From contig JAUCQB010000201.1 in assembly GCA_030372985.1 (NCBI GenBank), forward strand, positions 1 through 24,000: DNA of 24,000 nt. Direction: 5' to 3'. Source of the stretch: Phycisphaerae bacterium. Lineage in GTDB: Bacteria; Planctomycetota; Phycisphaerae; UBA1845; PWPN01. Made by a program: the position numbers and the translations under genes. Shown piece by piece: positions 7,455 to 15,859 of the stretch; position 1 is the stretch's first letter; each line of letters starts with the position of its first letter. Below the pieces are notes generated by a model. The model was not told the DNA's origin and made no database searches. It saw nothing but the letters and a program-made list of their open reading frames with translations.

Positions 7455-8678
7455 ATGCCCGCTGATGTCCTGGTAACCGGAATCGGAATCGTCTCACCTG
7501 CTGGAATCAGTCGTGAGCAGACATGGCGTACGCTGTTGGCCGATGGCAGGGCGGTTCATCGTCTGGAAGGGGGGTTCGGTCCGGGATTCGGACCGCTCTG
7601 CGCAGCGACGGTCGACGGCTTCAGCCCACCCGCAGGAACCGAGCATCTTAGCCGGGTCTCCCAACTGGCCGTGGCCGCCGCAGAAGAAGCCCTCATATCA
7701 GCAAGACTGGCGACCCAATCGGAAGGTGTGCGGATCGCGGCCTCCATCGGTACAAGCAAGCCTCTCGTAGATCTGCTCCTGCCGGGTCCCTGCGGTGTCG
7801 ACCAGGATGGCACGCTTCGCACCCGGCCGCCCTGCGGATGGTTCGATTTCCTGCCGGATGCTCCCGCTCGCACGATCTGCGCCCGCTTTGGACTTGCCCC
7901 TGCACATTCAACCGTGTGTGCCTGCTCAACAGGCCTGCACGCCATCATTCACGGCGCGGAAACGATTCAGAATGGCGAGGCCGACATCGTCCTGGCGGGT
8001 AGCGCCGACTCTTCGCTGTCGCCGCTGTGGCTGGCTGCCTATCGAAACATGGGCGTGCTGGCCCAGGAACATCCAGAACTGGGACCTGCCTGGGCTTGCC
8101 GGCCCTTTGACCGACATCGCAGCGGATTCGTCGTCGGCGAGGGCGCAGCCCTGGTGATTCTGGAGTCCCGCGATTCGGCCTCCCGGCGGGGCGTCTCACC
8201 TTGGGCGCGCATCCAGGGTTGGGCGATCGGCAGCGACCCCGCGGGCCTGGCCCAGGTTTCTGAGAATGGAACCCCCCTGGCCGAGGTCGTCCGATCCGCC
8301 CTCAACCATGGATCTGTCAGATCCCAGGATATCTCCTGCCTCTACGCCCACGGGACAGCCACGCCACAGAATGACCTTGCCGAGATGAACTGTTTTCGCC
8401 AGGTCTTCGGACGACACTTGACCTCCCTGCCAGTGGTCTCAACCAAGGGCGCCATCGGCCACCTCATGGGCGCCGCCGGGGCCGTCGAGACCGCGTTGGC
8501 CGTCCTGGCCGGCCAGAGCCGCAGAAGTCCCGGCACGGCCACACTCGTCGAGCCGGACCCCGAATTCGCCGGCCTCCGCCTGCCCGCCAGAACGTTCGAC
8601 CTTGCAGCAGGGGCGATCCTGAAGACCTCCTTGGGCTTCGGCGGCCACTTGGCGGCCATCGTGGTCAAAAGGCCATAA
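7455..8678 (+). CDS. Beta-ketoacyl-ACP synthase, KAS I/II (FabB/FabF-like), divergent
   Basis: N-terminus is VLVTGIGIVSPAGISREQTW. Active-site Cys is in CACSTGLHAI, and the two His are in HGTATPQND and TKGAIGHLMGAAG (Cys-His-His triad). The ATG lies 3 nt after the bioB stop. Confidence 0.88.
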   Translation: MPADVLVTGIGIVSPAGISREQTWRTLLADGRAVHRLEGGFGPGFGPLCAATVDGFSPPAGTEHLSRVSQLAVAAAEEALISARLATQSEGVRIAASIGTSKPLVDLLLPGPCGVDQDGTLRTRPPCGWFDFLPDAPARTICARFGLAPAHSTVCACSTGLHAIIHGAETIQNGEADIVLAGSADSSLSPLWLAAYRNMGVLAQEHPELGPAWACRPFDRHRSGFVVGEGAALVILESRDSASRRGVSPWARIQGWAIGSDPAGLAQVSENGTPLAEVVRSALNHGSVRSQDISCLYAHGTATPQNDLAEMNCFRQVFGRHLTSLPVVSTKGAIGHLMGAAGAVETALAVLAGQSRRSPGTATLVEPDPEFAGLRLPARTFDLAAGAILKTSLGFGGHLAAIVVKRP

Positions 8679-8898
8679 AATGACCAAAAACCGCTGATTT
8701 CACGCCGTTTCGTGTTATCCAGCCCCCCCACCGCTCAACGCAACATAACCTGCCTTATCGGACGTTATGGCGGGGCGGCAAAGCCCACGGCGGCTCGCCC
8801 AAGCGGCCTACTCCTCCGCCGCTCCATCGAGCCTGCGAAGGCATGTCGCGGCCGTCATCCTGGACTCTGCCTGCTGCCGACCCGGCTTGTTGATGAGG

Positions 8899-10323
8899 TC
8901 AACGATTGGGCTCCAGGCACGGCCGGAGTCGCTTATCGTCGAAGAAGGCTTGGATGCCGCCAGGTTTACGCAGGTCGTCGAATGTGTACACCTTGCCGGC
9001 CAGCGGCTCAGGCTGCAGGCTGCGGCGAGCGAACAGGCCGAGAACAATCTCCATCATCCTGGTGTTGCAGCCGCTGGTGCCGACGATGCCGGCGTTGCCG
9101 TAGTGCCAGACGCCGCTTTCAAGGGTGCACGGGCCGCGGGTGCCGGCAAAGGCCAGGATCCGGCCGCCGGTAGGCACGAGCAGAACGTGGCAATCGGCAA
9201 CGGTGGGCGGCCCGCCGGCCGCGAGGATCACGTCGTCAAAACCTTGGAACGGCTTGCCGAAGCGAGTCTGGCAGGATGGGGCGTATTGTGCGGCCACGGC
9301 TTCGCGCATCCGGTCATTTTTGCAGATGACCGTCTGGATGGGGCGGTCACAGAGGATCGACCGAACCAGGTCAGCCTTGGCCTGGCTGCGAACGATGAAC
9401 ACCACCTCGCGGGCCCTGCCCATGCGAAGAAGCGGATCATCGAGAGTAGCCAGTTGCCCGGCCATCAGGGCCATCGAACCGCTGCCGATGACGCATGCGA
9501 GGCCGCCCTGCCGACAGCCCTTGACCAGGATCGATCCCTGGGCGTCCTGGCCTACCTCGTGCGTGCTTTTCTGGAAGCAATCAAGCAAACAGGCGGTCGG
9601 CTCGGCGAGGGCGGCCGCTTGGGGTGACACCCCCGCCGGAACGCGGATGATGGAGCCGCTGCAGATCATCTCGGGCGTCAGGCGAACGAGGGCCGCGTAG
9701 GCGCCGCCCTGATTCATCGCCAAGTCGGTGATGTTGCCGCCGAGAAGCTGCACGCCGCGAGCTTCAGGCATGCCGGCCGGCGGTGGATCGTAGTACGCAA
9801 CCCGGCTCTGCAGGACACATTTCTCGCCGGGCTGGAAATCGAGGTACTCGTGGCTCAGCTCCACGCCATCCAGGTAGCCGATGCCTCGTTTCAGCTCCCG
9901 AACCCGTGACCCGACGCGCTCGATGGTGACGACCGTCTCGTGCCCGAGAATGCGACCCCAATACAGGCGCATCATCGAAGGCAGAGTCTTCCTCTGATCC
10001 TCCGGCAGGGCGGCAATTTGCCCGGCAAGCTCGCGGTAAAGAGGATCTTTCACATCGGAGCGAGGCTGCCCCCCCATCGCCAGGTCCGCGTAGTCGGTGA
10101 AGGGCACCGGCCCGGCCGGTTCCTTGCATCGAAAGATCCCTTTCAGCTCGTCCAGGAGCGACTCCTCGCACTGATCGGGCCGCCCGTCCCGGAAGATCTT
10201 CACGTCGGTACCGCATCGGTGAACCCGGTCCACGCGGGCGATGATATCCTGGTCCGTGCACACAATTGGCCGGTTGTCGATGACCGCCTTGTGCTCTTTG
10301 CCAAAATACACCAGGGAGGTCAT
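8899..10323 (-). CDS. Medium-chain (zinc-type) dehydrogenase/reductase with a large insertion in the catalytic domain
   Basis: MTSLVYFGKEH is an MDR-like N-terminus. Catalytic elements CGTD, GHE and EPTACLL are present, with the Rossmann motif VIGSGSMALMAG. About 90 residues separate CGTD from GHE, against roughly 25 in canonical MDRs. An alternative GTG start is at 10401. Confidence 0.75.
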   Translation of the reverse strand: MTSLVYFGKEHKAVIDNRPIVCTDQDIIARVDRVHRCGTDVKIFRDGRPDQCEESLLDELKGIFRCKEPAGPVPFTDYADLAMGGQPRSDVKDPLYRELAGQIAALPEDQRKTLPSMMRLYWGRILGHETVVTIERVGSRVRELKRGIGYLDGVELSHEYLDFQPGEKCVLQSRVAYYDPPPAGMPEARGVQLLGGNITDLAMNQGGAYAALVRLTPEMICSGSIIRVPAGVSPQAAALAEPTACLLDCFQKSTHEVGQDAQGSILVKGCRQGGLACVIGSGSMALMAGQLATLDDPLLRMGRAREVVFIVRSQAKADLVRSILCDRPIQTVICKNDRMREAVAAQYAPSCQTRFGKPFQGFDDVILAAGGPPTVADCHVLLVPTGGRILAFAGTRGPCTLESGVWHYGNAGIVGTSGCNTRMMEIVLGLFARRSLQPEPLAGKVYTFDDLRKPGGIQAFFDDKRLRPCLEPNR

Positions 10324-10410
10324 CGTGGACGACCATTCGATGGGGCGCCCGTCGCGCCGCCCCCCTACCGTCGTTTCCGGCCAATGCGGTGTGAACGCCA
10401 CGATACCCCC

Positions 10411-11439
10411 CTACCCGCCAAGCCTGGCGTATCCCAGAGTCGTCAGCATCTCCTGGCAGACCTCGGCCACGTGCCGCCGGCGGATGTCGTGGAAATACGA
10501 CTCGCTGTTGATCCAAAGGTTCTTGTCCTTCTCAGCGACATCCGCGTGCTTGCGGAGAAGTCCGGCGATCTTGTTGCCGGCTCCAACGGCCATGGCGGTG
10601 TAGAAATTGACCTTCACAATCCCGTCGGCCGGCGTTGTCCCTACCTTGCCGCCCAGGCAGCTCGATCCGTGAAGCGACATGATCGCACCGACCCGGTCCC
10701 GAATCGCCTGGGCCAGGTCCCGCTCATATCGGCGCTCCGCGGCGCCCACTCCCACACTGCGGTGTTCCGTGCCCAGGTTGGGCACGATCAGGTCGACGCC
10801 TGTTTTCTCGACGAATTCCGCCACCTTGTCCGGCTTGGAGAGCTGGTCCTCGCGTGAAAGCTTGAGCCGCATGATGTCCTTCGGGTCGTAGATCTTGTCC
10901 GAGGCCCCTTCGATCACCACCCGGCTGCCGAATTTCCGAACATAGTCGCGGACATGGCGGATGTTCTCGTCGTAGTCATACTTGCTGGCGTCGTACATGA
11001 TCATGGACATGCGATCGACCACACGAGGATCGTGCAGCAAGGCCAGATCGTCCTTGTCCGGCACCCACCCATGGTCGATGAACGGCATCACCCGCACGGC
11101 CGGGCACGTGTCCAACAGGTCCTCATAGACCCCCAGTGTCCGCAGCCAGATCTCGCAGCCCTCGCGGACGTTTCCACCGGCCAGACCGGAGACGTTCTCG
11201 GCAATGCGGCAACCTAACGAGACCTTCCGGAACTGCGGGTTGTCCGCGTACATCGAGGTCATGCCGACGGCGATCGGGAGGTCGGCAATCCTGTGGGTCT
11301 CCGCGAACGTTTGTGCCCCGATCAGCAGCCCTTCGATCTCAGCGGGCTGCTCGCCGTTCGGGGCAAACAAGGCCACTTCCGCCTTGCGGCAGCGGTCCAG
11401 GATGGCCAGGGTTTCTGAGCGGTCGGTAACCAGTCGCAC
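10411..11439 (-). CDS. Class II (metal-dependent) ketose-bisphosphate aldolase family protein, divergent
   Basis: Contains PFIDHGW (DH), IMYDAS, NLGTEHR and SLHGSS, the histidine-bearing motifs of class II FBA/tagatose-bisphosphate aldolases. GTG start at 11439 with GGAG upstream. Confidence 0.75.
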   Translation of the reverse strand: MRLVTDRSETLAILDRCRKAEVALFAPNGEQPAEIEGLLIGAQTFAETHRIADLPIAVGMTSMYADNPQFRKVSLGCRIAENVSGLAGGNVREGCEIWLRTLGVYEDLLDTCPAVRVMPFIDHGWVPDKDDLALLHDPRVVDRMSMIMYDASKYDYDENIRHVRDYVRKFGSRVVIEGASDKIYDPKDIMRLKLSREDQLSKPDKVAEFVEKTGVDLIVPNLGTEHRSVGVGAAERRYERDLAQAIRDRVGAIMSLHGSSCLGGKVGTTPADGIVKVNFYTAMAVGAGNKIAGLLRKHADVAEKDKNLWINSESYFHDIRRRHVAEVCQEMLTTLGYARLGG

Positions 11440-11477
11440 GGTTCATTCTCCAGAGCCGGGAACAATGGAAGGCAACG

Positions 11478-11505
11478 ATTATAGAGAAACAGGCCGGCGA
11501 GCCAA
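11478..11505 (-). promoter_or_regulatory. Sigma70-like promoter (TTGGCT-16 nt-TATAAT) for the aldolase/MDR operon
   Basis: The minus strand reads gcTTGGCTcgccggcctgtttctcTATAATcg. The -10 is at 11483..11478, about 40 nt upstream of GTG 11439. Confidence 0.5.
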
Positions 11506-11515
11506 GCAGCGGACA

Positions 11516-11836
11516 TCAATCGTCCGCCTCGGGCAGATATCGATACAGGAGTGCAACGCGACCCGTCCTCTGGACAAGATGACAGGGAACGGAGACGGCC
11601 AGGGCGGTGGCCATTTGTTGCGCGTCGTCCCGATCGTCGACATCGATTCGCACCTTGAGTAAATCGGCGTGCTCGAAACACTGCCGGATATGAGCTGCAA
11701 ACGCCTCAGTGAGGCCTTCACGCCCCAATGTCAACCGGGCCTTCAGCTTGTGGCCGCGGACCAACAGCCCGCGACGAACCTGAGGCGTTGGCGCCGGGCC
11801 CGGGTCGGAACCAGAGGATTCGATTGCCGAAGTCAT
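11516..11836 (-). CDS. yhbY: YhbY-like CRM-domain RNA-binding protein (ribosome assembly)
   Basis: The C-terminal ~85 aa (HKLKARLTLGREGLTEAFAAHIRQCFEHADLLKVRI...RTGRVALLYRYLP) match the YhbY/CRS1 pattern. I chose the ATG at 11836. Longer options at 11896 and 12082 add an Arg-rich extension of uncertain reality. Confidence 0.7.
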   Translation of the reverse strand: MTSAIESSGSDPGPAPTPQVRRGLLVRGHKLKARLTLGREGLTEAFAAHIRQCFEHADLLKVRIDVDDRDDAQQMATALAVSVPCHLVQRTGRVALLYRYLPEADD

Positions 11837-12069
11837 GATCCCACGATACAGCCTCGCGTCGCGGACGACAACATGACGGCGGCCGGCAGAAAGCATATCG
11901 GGGCGCGACCGCCCCAGCGGACGGCGAAACCCGGGACCGGCTCGTCGATCAGGCTCTCGCCGGGAGGGCAGCCGCCCGGGAAGCCTCGACCGACGGACCG
12001 GGCCGATCATCGGTCCTTGTGTCGGCTGCCTGATACGTCGCCCGCCAACCTGCGGCATCCGACATCCTG

Positions 12070-12098
12070 TTGCCTGGCACACGATTCACGCATAAAAT
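12070..12098 (+). promoter_or_regulatory. Sigma70-like promoter (TTGCCT-17 nt-TAAAAT) for frr
   Basis: -35 at 12070-12075 and -10 at 12093-12098. GGAG at 12137-12140 precedes ATG 12150. Confidence 0.45.
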
Positions 12099-12149
12099 GG
12101 CGGCTCGCAAAACACGTTGGAGACTGTTGAGACTCTGGAGCAATGACAC

Positions 12150-12716
12150 ATGCCGGTGGACGAGATCGAATTTGAGTGTGAAGAGTCAATGGAGAAGGCG
12201 GTTGAGTTCCTTCGTCAGGAGCTCAGGACAGTGCGGACGGGGCGGGCTTCTCCGGGTCTGGTGGAACACCTCAAGGTCACTGTGGAGTCCTATGGTTCAA
12301 CGATGGAACTGCGCGAACTGGCGAGCATCTCCGTCCCCGAGAACAACCAGTTGCTTCTCAAGCCTTTCGATCCGGGCACGCTCAAGGATATCGAACGAGC
12401 GATACGCGGCTCCGAACTGGGCATCACCCCGATGAGCGACGGCAAGATCATCCGCCTGCCCGTGCCCCCGCTTTCGGGGGAACGGCGGCAACAACTGCTG
12501 ACACAGGTTCGCAAGCTGGGCGAGGCGCAGAAGGTTGCCATCCGTAACGTTCGCAGGGACGGCAACAAGAACCTCGATGCGGAGGAGAAGAGTAAGGTGA
12601 TATCCGAGGACGATGCCGAGGCCTCCAAGGAGCGAATCCAGGAGTTGACCAAGAAGTATGAATTGCAGGTCGACGCCCTCGTTGCCGCCAAGGCCAAAGA
12701 GATCGAACAAGGCTGA
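12150..12716 (+). CDS. frr: Ribosome recycling factor
   Basis: 188-codon ORF with the typical Frr sequence (KAVEFLRQELRTVRTGRASPGLVEHLKV..., IRNVRRDGNK). Confidence 0.95.
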   Translation: MPVDEIEFECEESMEKAVEFLRQELRTVRTGRASPGLVEHLKVTVESYGSTMELRELASISVPENNQLLLKPFDPGTLKDIERAIRGSELGITPMSDGKIIRLPVPPLSGERRQQLLTQVRKLGEAQKVAIRNVRRDGNKNLDAEEKSKVISEDDAEASKERIQELTKKYELQVDALVAAKAKEIEQG

Positions 12717-12730
12717 GCCCGCCGGCGGGC
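12717..12730. terminator. GC-rich perfect palindrome directly after the frr stop (possible hairpin, no U-tract)
   Basis: GCCCGCCGGCGGGC at 12717-12730 is self-complementary. No T-run follows, so it is not a canonical intrinsic terminator. Confidence 0.25.
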
Positions 12731-12763
12731 CTCCATCGACAGCAACCCGACGATGGCCATACC

Positions 12764-14236
12764 ATGCCAAGGATGGTGCGAGCACGTTTTGAGGATCCCG
12801 AATCCAGCCTGCCGCCCGGCAAGGCACAGCAGCCGGGCGATGCTTCGTCTCTTCCGGCGCCCCTGCTTCAGCACCCTGCCGTGGGCGGGAGCATCGTACT
12901 GGTCGCGGCCGCCGGTATGCAGATGGTCGTATGGCTTGTGGGGCTGCGTCTGCCGACACCTCGACCAGTGCCTCCCTCCAGCCTCGTCGCCCACGGCTTG
13001 CTGTACGACCTGATCGGTGAAGCCCTCGCAGGCCACGGCATGGAGGCCACGGAGGTCACCTCGATTCTCTTTGTCGCTAACCTGCTGCTGGCCATGCTCT
13101 CGGGGATTGCCTGGTATGGTATCGGTCGACTGGGGCTCGGACCGAAATGGGGGCTGTGGGTCGGCCTTTTCTGGGTGGTGCATCCATCCTTCTCGTTTCT
13201 GGCGAACCAGGCCGACCAACTCAACGCGATGATCGCCCTTGTCGCCGCGGCGTGGTGCGTCCTGTTGTGGTGGCGACGATCGCGAAGGGCCGGCGCGGCT
13301 GTGCTCCTGGGTCTACTGGCGGCTTTGATCCTGACCATCGGCCCTCAATCGCTCATTTTCCTGGCGATCGCACTTCTGGCGATGCTGTTCTCGACACGGG
13401 GAGCCAACGGCGGCAGAGCTGCCGGTGCGTTTGTTGCTCTGACGGCCTTCCTGGTCGGGACGACGCTTCTCGCTGCGGCCGTCGCGCTGCCGCGATTATC
13501 CAGAGCACTGACGGAAAGCCCCGACAAGAACGAAGTTACTCCATCGCATTCTCAATCTCCCCCGGCATGGCCTCACACCGCCTGCCGGCTTGCGGCAGGC
13601 GTGCCGCAGCCGCAAGACGCTCTCCGACTTCGGATGGTCCTCCGATTCTTCCTGATCCGAGATCGGCTTCTGGACGATCTGACGCGAATCACCGCACGGA
13701 TTGACGCCGATCTTTGGAGCACGCTGGATGACGCCAGCGGCTCACACATCGCCGACGCCGCCGTAATCGCTTCGCCGCTTGGGACCGCATCTCGCCCCCC
13801 CGCCGCGAGATTCCTCATTGAACAGTGCCGGGTGGCTCCCGCTCAAACCCTCGCGTGGCTGGGCGAGCGCATGTGGAAGTCAGTCTACGCCACGAGACAC
13901 CGCCGGGTTCACTACCCGTTCATCCTTCTCCAGTTTCTCTGGTCGATCCCGGCCTTCTGGGGCCTCTGGATCGCTGTCCGGTATCGCCCCTGGCGATGGC
14001 TGGCCCTGACTGGAGGCTTGTTCTCCTGTTGCCAGTGGGTTCTGGTGGCGGTGGCCGATCCGCTCGCCCGGAACCTGGTGCCAGTTGGCGGCTTTGTCGT
14101 GCTGTTCGCCCTGGTGGGGATAACCGATGTTTACGAGCGGTTTTTCGGCCGCCGATTGACCGCTCCCGCTCCGGCATCGCGACCAGCCAGACTGAAGCGT
14201 ATTCAGCGGAATCTCAATGGCGGTACCGGCGACTAG
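12764..14236 (+). CDS. Large polytopic inner-membrane protein of unknown function
   Basis: 490-aa ORF with an ATG start. It has many hydrophobic helices at both ends and a polar central loop of about 110 aa. I recognised no catalytic motif. A GT-C/ArnT-like topology is possible but unsupported. Confidence 0.7.
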   Translation: MPRMVRARFEDPESSLPPGKAQQPGDASSLPAPLLQHPAVGGSIVLVAAAGMQMVVWLVGLRLPTPRPVPPSSLVAHGLLYDLIGEALAGHGMEATEVTSILFVANLLLAMLSGIAWYGIGRLGLGPKWGLWVGLFWVVHPSFSFLANQADQLNAMIALVAAAWCVLLWWRRSRRAGAAVLLGLLAALILTIGPQSLIFLAIALLAMLFSTRGANGGRAAGAFVALTAFLVGTTLLAAAVALPRLSRALTESPDKNEVTPSHSQSPPAWPHTACRLAAGVPQPQDALRLRMVLRFFLIRDRLLDDLTRITARIDADLWSTLDDASGSHIADAAVIASPLGTASRPPAARFLIEQCRVAPAQTLAWLGERMWKSVYATRHRRVHYPFILLQFLWSIPAFWGLWIAVRYRPWRWLALTGGLFSCCQWVLVAVADPLARNLVPVGGFVVLFALVGITDVYERFFGRRLTAPAPASRPARLKRIQRNLNGGTGD

Positions 14237-14274
14237 GTGGCCGGGCAGTCAACAAGTGCTGGCGCAAGCCGCTG

Positions 14275-14303
14275 TTGCAGGGGCGGGCGATTCGCCGTAT
14301 AAT
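14275..14303 (+). promoter_or_regulatory. Near-consensus sigma70 promoter (TTGCAG-17 nt-TATAAT) upstream of the HNH gene
   Basis: -35 TTGCAG at 14275-14280, a 17-nt spacer, and -10 TATAAT at 14298-14303. Confidence 0.55.
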
Positions 14304-14468
14304 GCAGACAATCGTTGCATGCAGGGCTGGCCACGGCCGGGTCCCTGCTTTATGGGACTCGGGCCGTAGAAGGAGGGTGTTGCCTTCCCCACGGCGATCT
14401 CAACGAGTGCTGTTCTCGACCCCGCTTCAGGCCTGAGTCATCATGTCCTCATCCTGAACCGCCACTAT

Positions 14469-15041
14469 ATGCCCATTCGGGTGACAACCGCGAAGCGGGC
14501 ATTCTCGCTGCTCTATCGCAATCTGGCCGAAGTGGTTCACGTCGAGGAGGACCAGTATCTCTCCTACGACTTCGAGAGCTGGCGGGAGGTCAGCCAGCTC
14601 AAGCAGCGTTTTGAGCCGGAGCGCCACGATTGGGTGCGAACGGTCCGTTTCAGCCTGGTCGTGCCGCGGATCATTCGGCTCGTGTTCTATGACCGCCTGC
14701 CCCGACGGGGGGTAAAGTTCAACCGCCGCAACATCTTCGCCCGGGACAACAACTGCTGCCAGTATTGCGGCCGGAAGTTCCCGACCACCGAGTTAAGCCT
14801 CGATCACATCATCCCCCGCAGCCAGGGCGGTACCACCAACTGGGAGAACGTCGTCTGCGCCTGTCTCAGGTGCAACATTCAGAAAGGCGGCCGAACCCCC
14901 GAACAGGCCCACCTCAGACTGATCGCCAGACCGGTAAAGCCCCGTCGCAGTCCGGTTCTCAATCTCAAGTTGTCACACGACAAGTATCGCTCCTGGAAGC
15001 AGTTCCTCGACCATGCTTACTGGAATGTCGAGCTGAAGTAA
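14469..15041 (+). CDS. Stand-alone HNH endonuclease family protein
   Basis: The HNH core is CCQYCGRKFPTTELSLDHIIPRSQGGTTNWENVVCACLRCNIQKG. Family-typical N-terminal sequence (VLILNRHY) lies upstream of the first ATG, so the true start may be CTG 14433. Confidence 0.85.
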   Translation: MPIRVTTAKRAFSLLYRNLAEVVHVEEDQYLSYDFESWREVSQLKQRFEPERHDWVRTVRFSLVVPRIIRLVFYDRLPRRGVKFNRRNIFARDNNCCQYCGRKFPTTELSLDHIIPRSQGGTTNWENVVCACLRCNIQKGGRTPEQAHLRLIARPVKPRRSPVLNLKLSHDKYRSWKQFLDHAYWNVELK

Positions 15042-15045
15042 ACTC

Positions 15046-15831
15046 TCAGGTCGGCCGGCCCCGCAGACCGACAAACAACGCGGTTCGACCGGTCTGCGCC
15101 CCATCGCGACGGTGGCTCCAGAACCGTCGGTCGCAGATGCTGCACAGGCGTGCAACCTCGATGGCGTCACGGGGAACGCCCGCCGCAACCAGTTGGTTTC
15201 GGTTGGCGGTCCACAGGTCAAAGAGAACGCGGCCGCCCTCCTCGACAAAGCATTCTCTCGCGTCGGCCAGCCTGGTCCTGGCAATTCGCCGCACGTGCGG
15301 GCCGACCTCGTAGCAGCATGGTCCGGCAGAGGGTGAAATGGCCGCCCTCATGCGGGCCGGGTCGCTGCCGCAACTCTGGAGCATTTGCCTGACCAGGTTC
15401 TGGGCCGCCCCGGCCACCGTCCCTCGCCAACTGGCATGGACCACCCCGACTGACGGTCGATCCGGGTCGCAGACCACCACCAGCGGACAGTCCGCCGAGA
15501 GAATGATCAGCGGCACGTTCGGCTTATCCGTGATCAACCCGTCGACGAACCGAACCGCGTCTTGCCGGCCATCACGACCGTGACCAATATCATCGCGCTC
15601 CAGCGTCAGAACATCCGCCCCGTGCACTTGCTCGGGCGAGGTCAACGACTCAAACGGCATGCCCAGGATGTCGCACACGCGCCTTCGCCAGTGAACGGCC
15701 TCTTCGCAGCCGGTGCCCTGGTGCGGCGCGTAGTTCTGCGGGCGGGTGGTCACTGCGTGAACCAGCCAGGGTACCGCCTCAAGGCTCTCGAACGAGAGCA
15801 GCGTTACATCGCCGTGCGATCGTTCAATCAT
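15046..15831 (-). CDS. pgeF: Peptidoglycan editing factor PgeF / YfiH (DUF152, laccase-domain) protein
   Basis: 261 aa. Motifs QVHGADV, SADCPLVVV, VVHASWRGTVAG and FWSHRRDG are typical of the YfiH family. Confidence 0.88.
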   Translation of the reverse strand: MIERSHGDVTLLSFESLEAVPWLVHAVTTRPQNYAPHQGTGCEEAVHWRRRVCDILGMPFESLTSPEQVHGADVLTLERDDIGHGRDGRQDAVRFVDGLITDKPNVPLIILSADCPLVVVCDPDRPSVGVVHASWRGTVAGAAQNLVRQMLQSCGSDPARMRAAISPSAGPCCYEVGPHVRRIARTRLADARECFVEEGGRVLFDLWTANRNQLVAAGVPRDAIEVARLCSICDRRFWSHRRDGAQTGRTALFVGLRGRPT

Positions 15832-15859
15832 CTCGGAGACCGTACCCGAAAAACAAGGC

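Noticed and set aside
8679-8898. 220-nt convergent intergenic gap (KAS / MDR) as a possible sRNA or small gene
   Set aside because: I could find no convincing promoter, stable hairpin, terminator or motif-bearing ORF. The only local AT-rich patch has imperfect pairing.
8767-9627. 286-aa plus-strand ORF, with 9125..9700 and 8712..9173
   Set aside because: These are antisense shadows of the MDR dehydrogenase gene, with Arg/Ala/Gly-rich translations.
9764-10857. ORFs 9764..10516 (minus) and 9940..10857 (plus)
   Set aside because: They are alternative-frame or antisense shadows of the MDR and aldolase genes, with no motifs.
12290-13338. Minus-strand ORFs 12290..13219, 12297..12959 and 12868..13338
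   Set aside because: They are antisense to frr and the polytopic membrane protein. Their translations are Arg/Pro-rich and not protein-like.
14469-15041. HNH endonuclease as part of a restriction-modification, CRISPR or homing-intron system
   Set aside because: No methyltransferase, cas genes, repeats or interrupted host gene are nearby. The N-terminal domain matches the widespread stand-alone ~180-aa HNH family.
15039-15048. Convergent HNH and pgeF stops only 4 nt apart with no terminator
   Set aside because: Tight convergent packing is common in compact bacterial genomes. No hairpin is visible, so nothing specific can be claimed.
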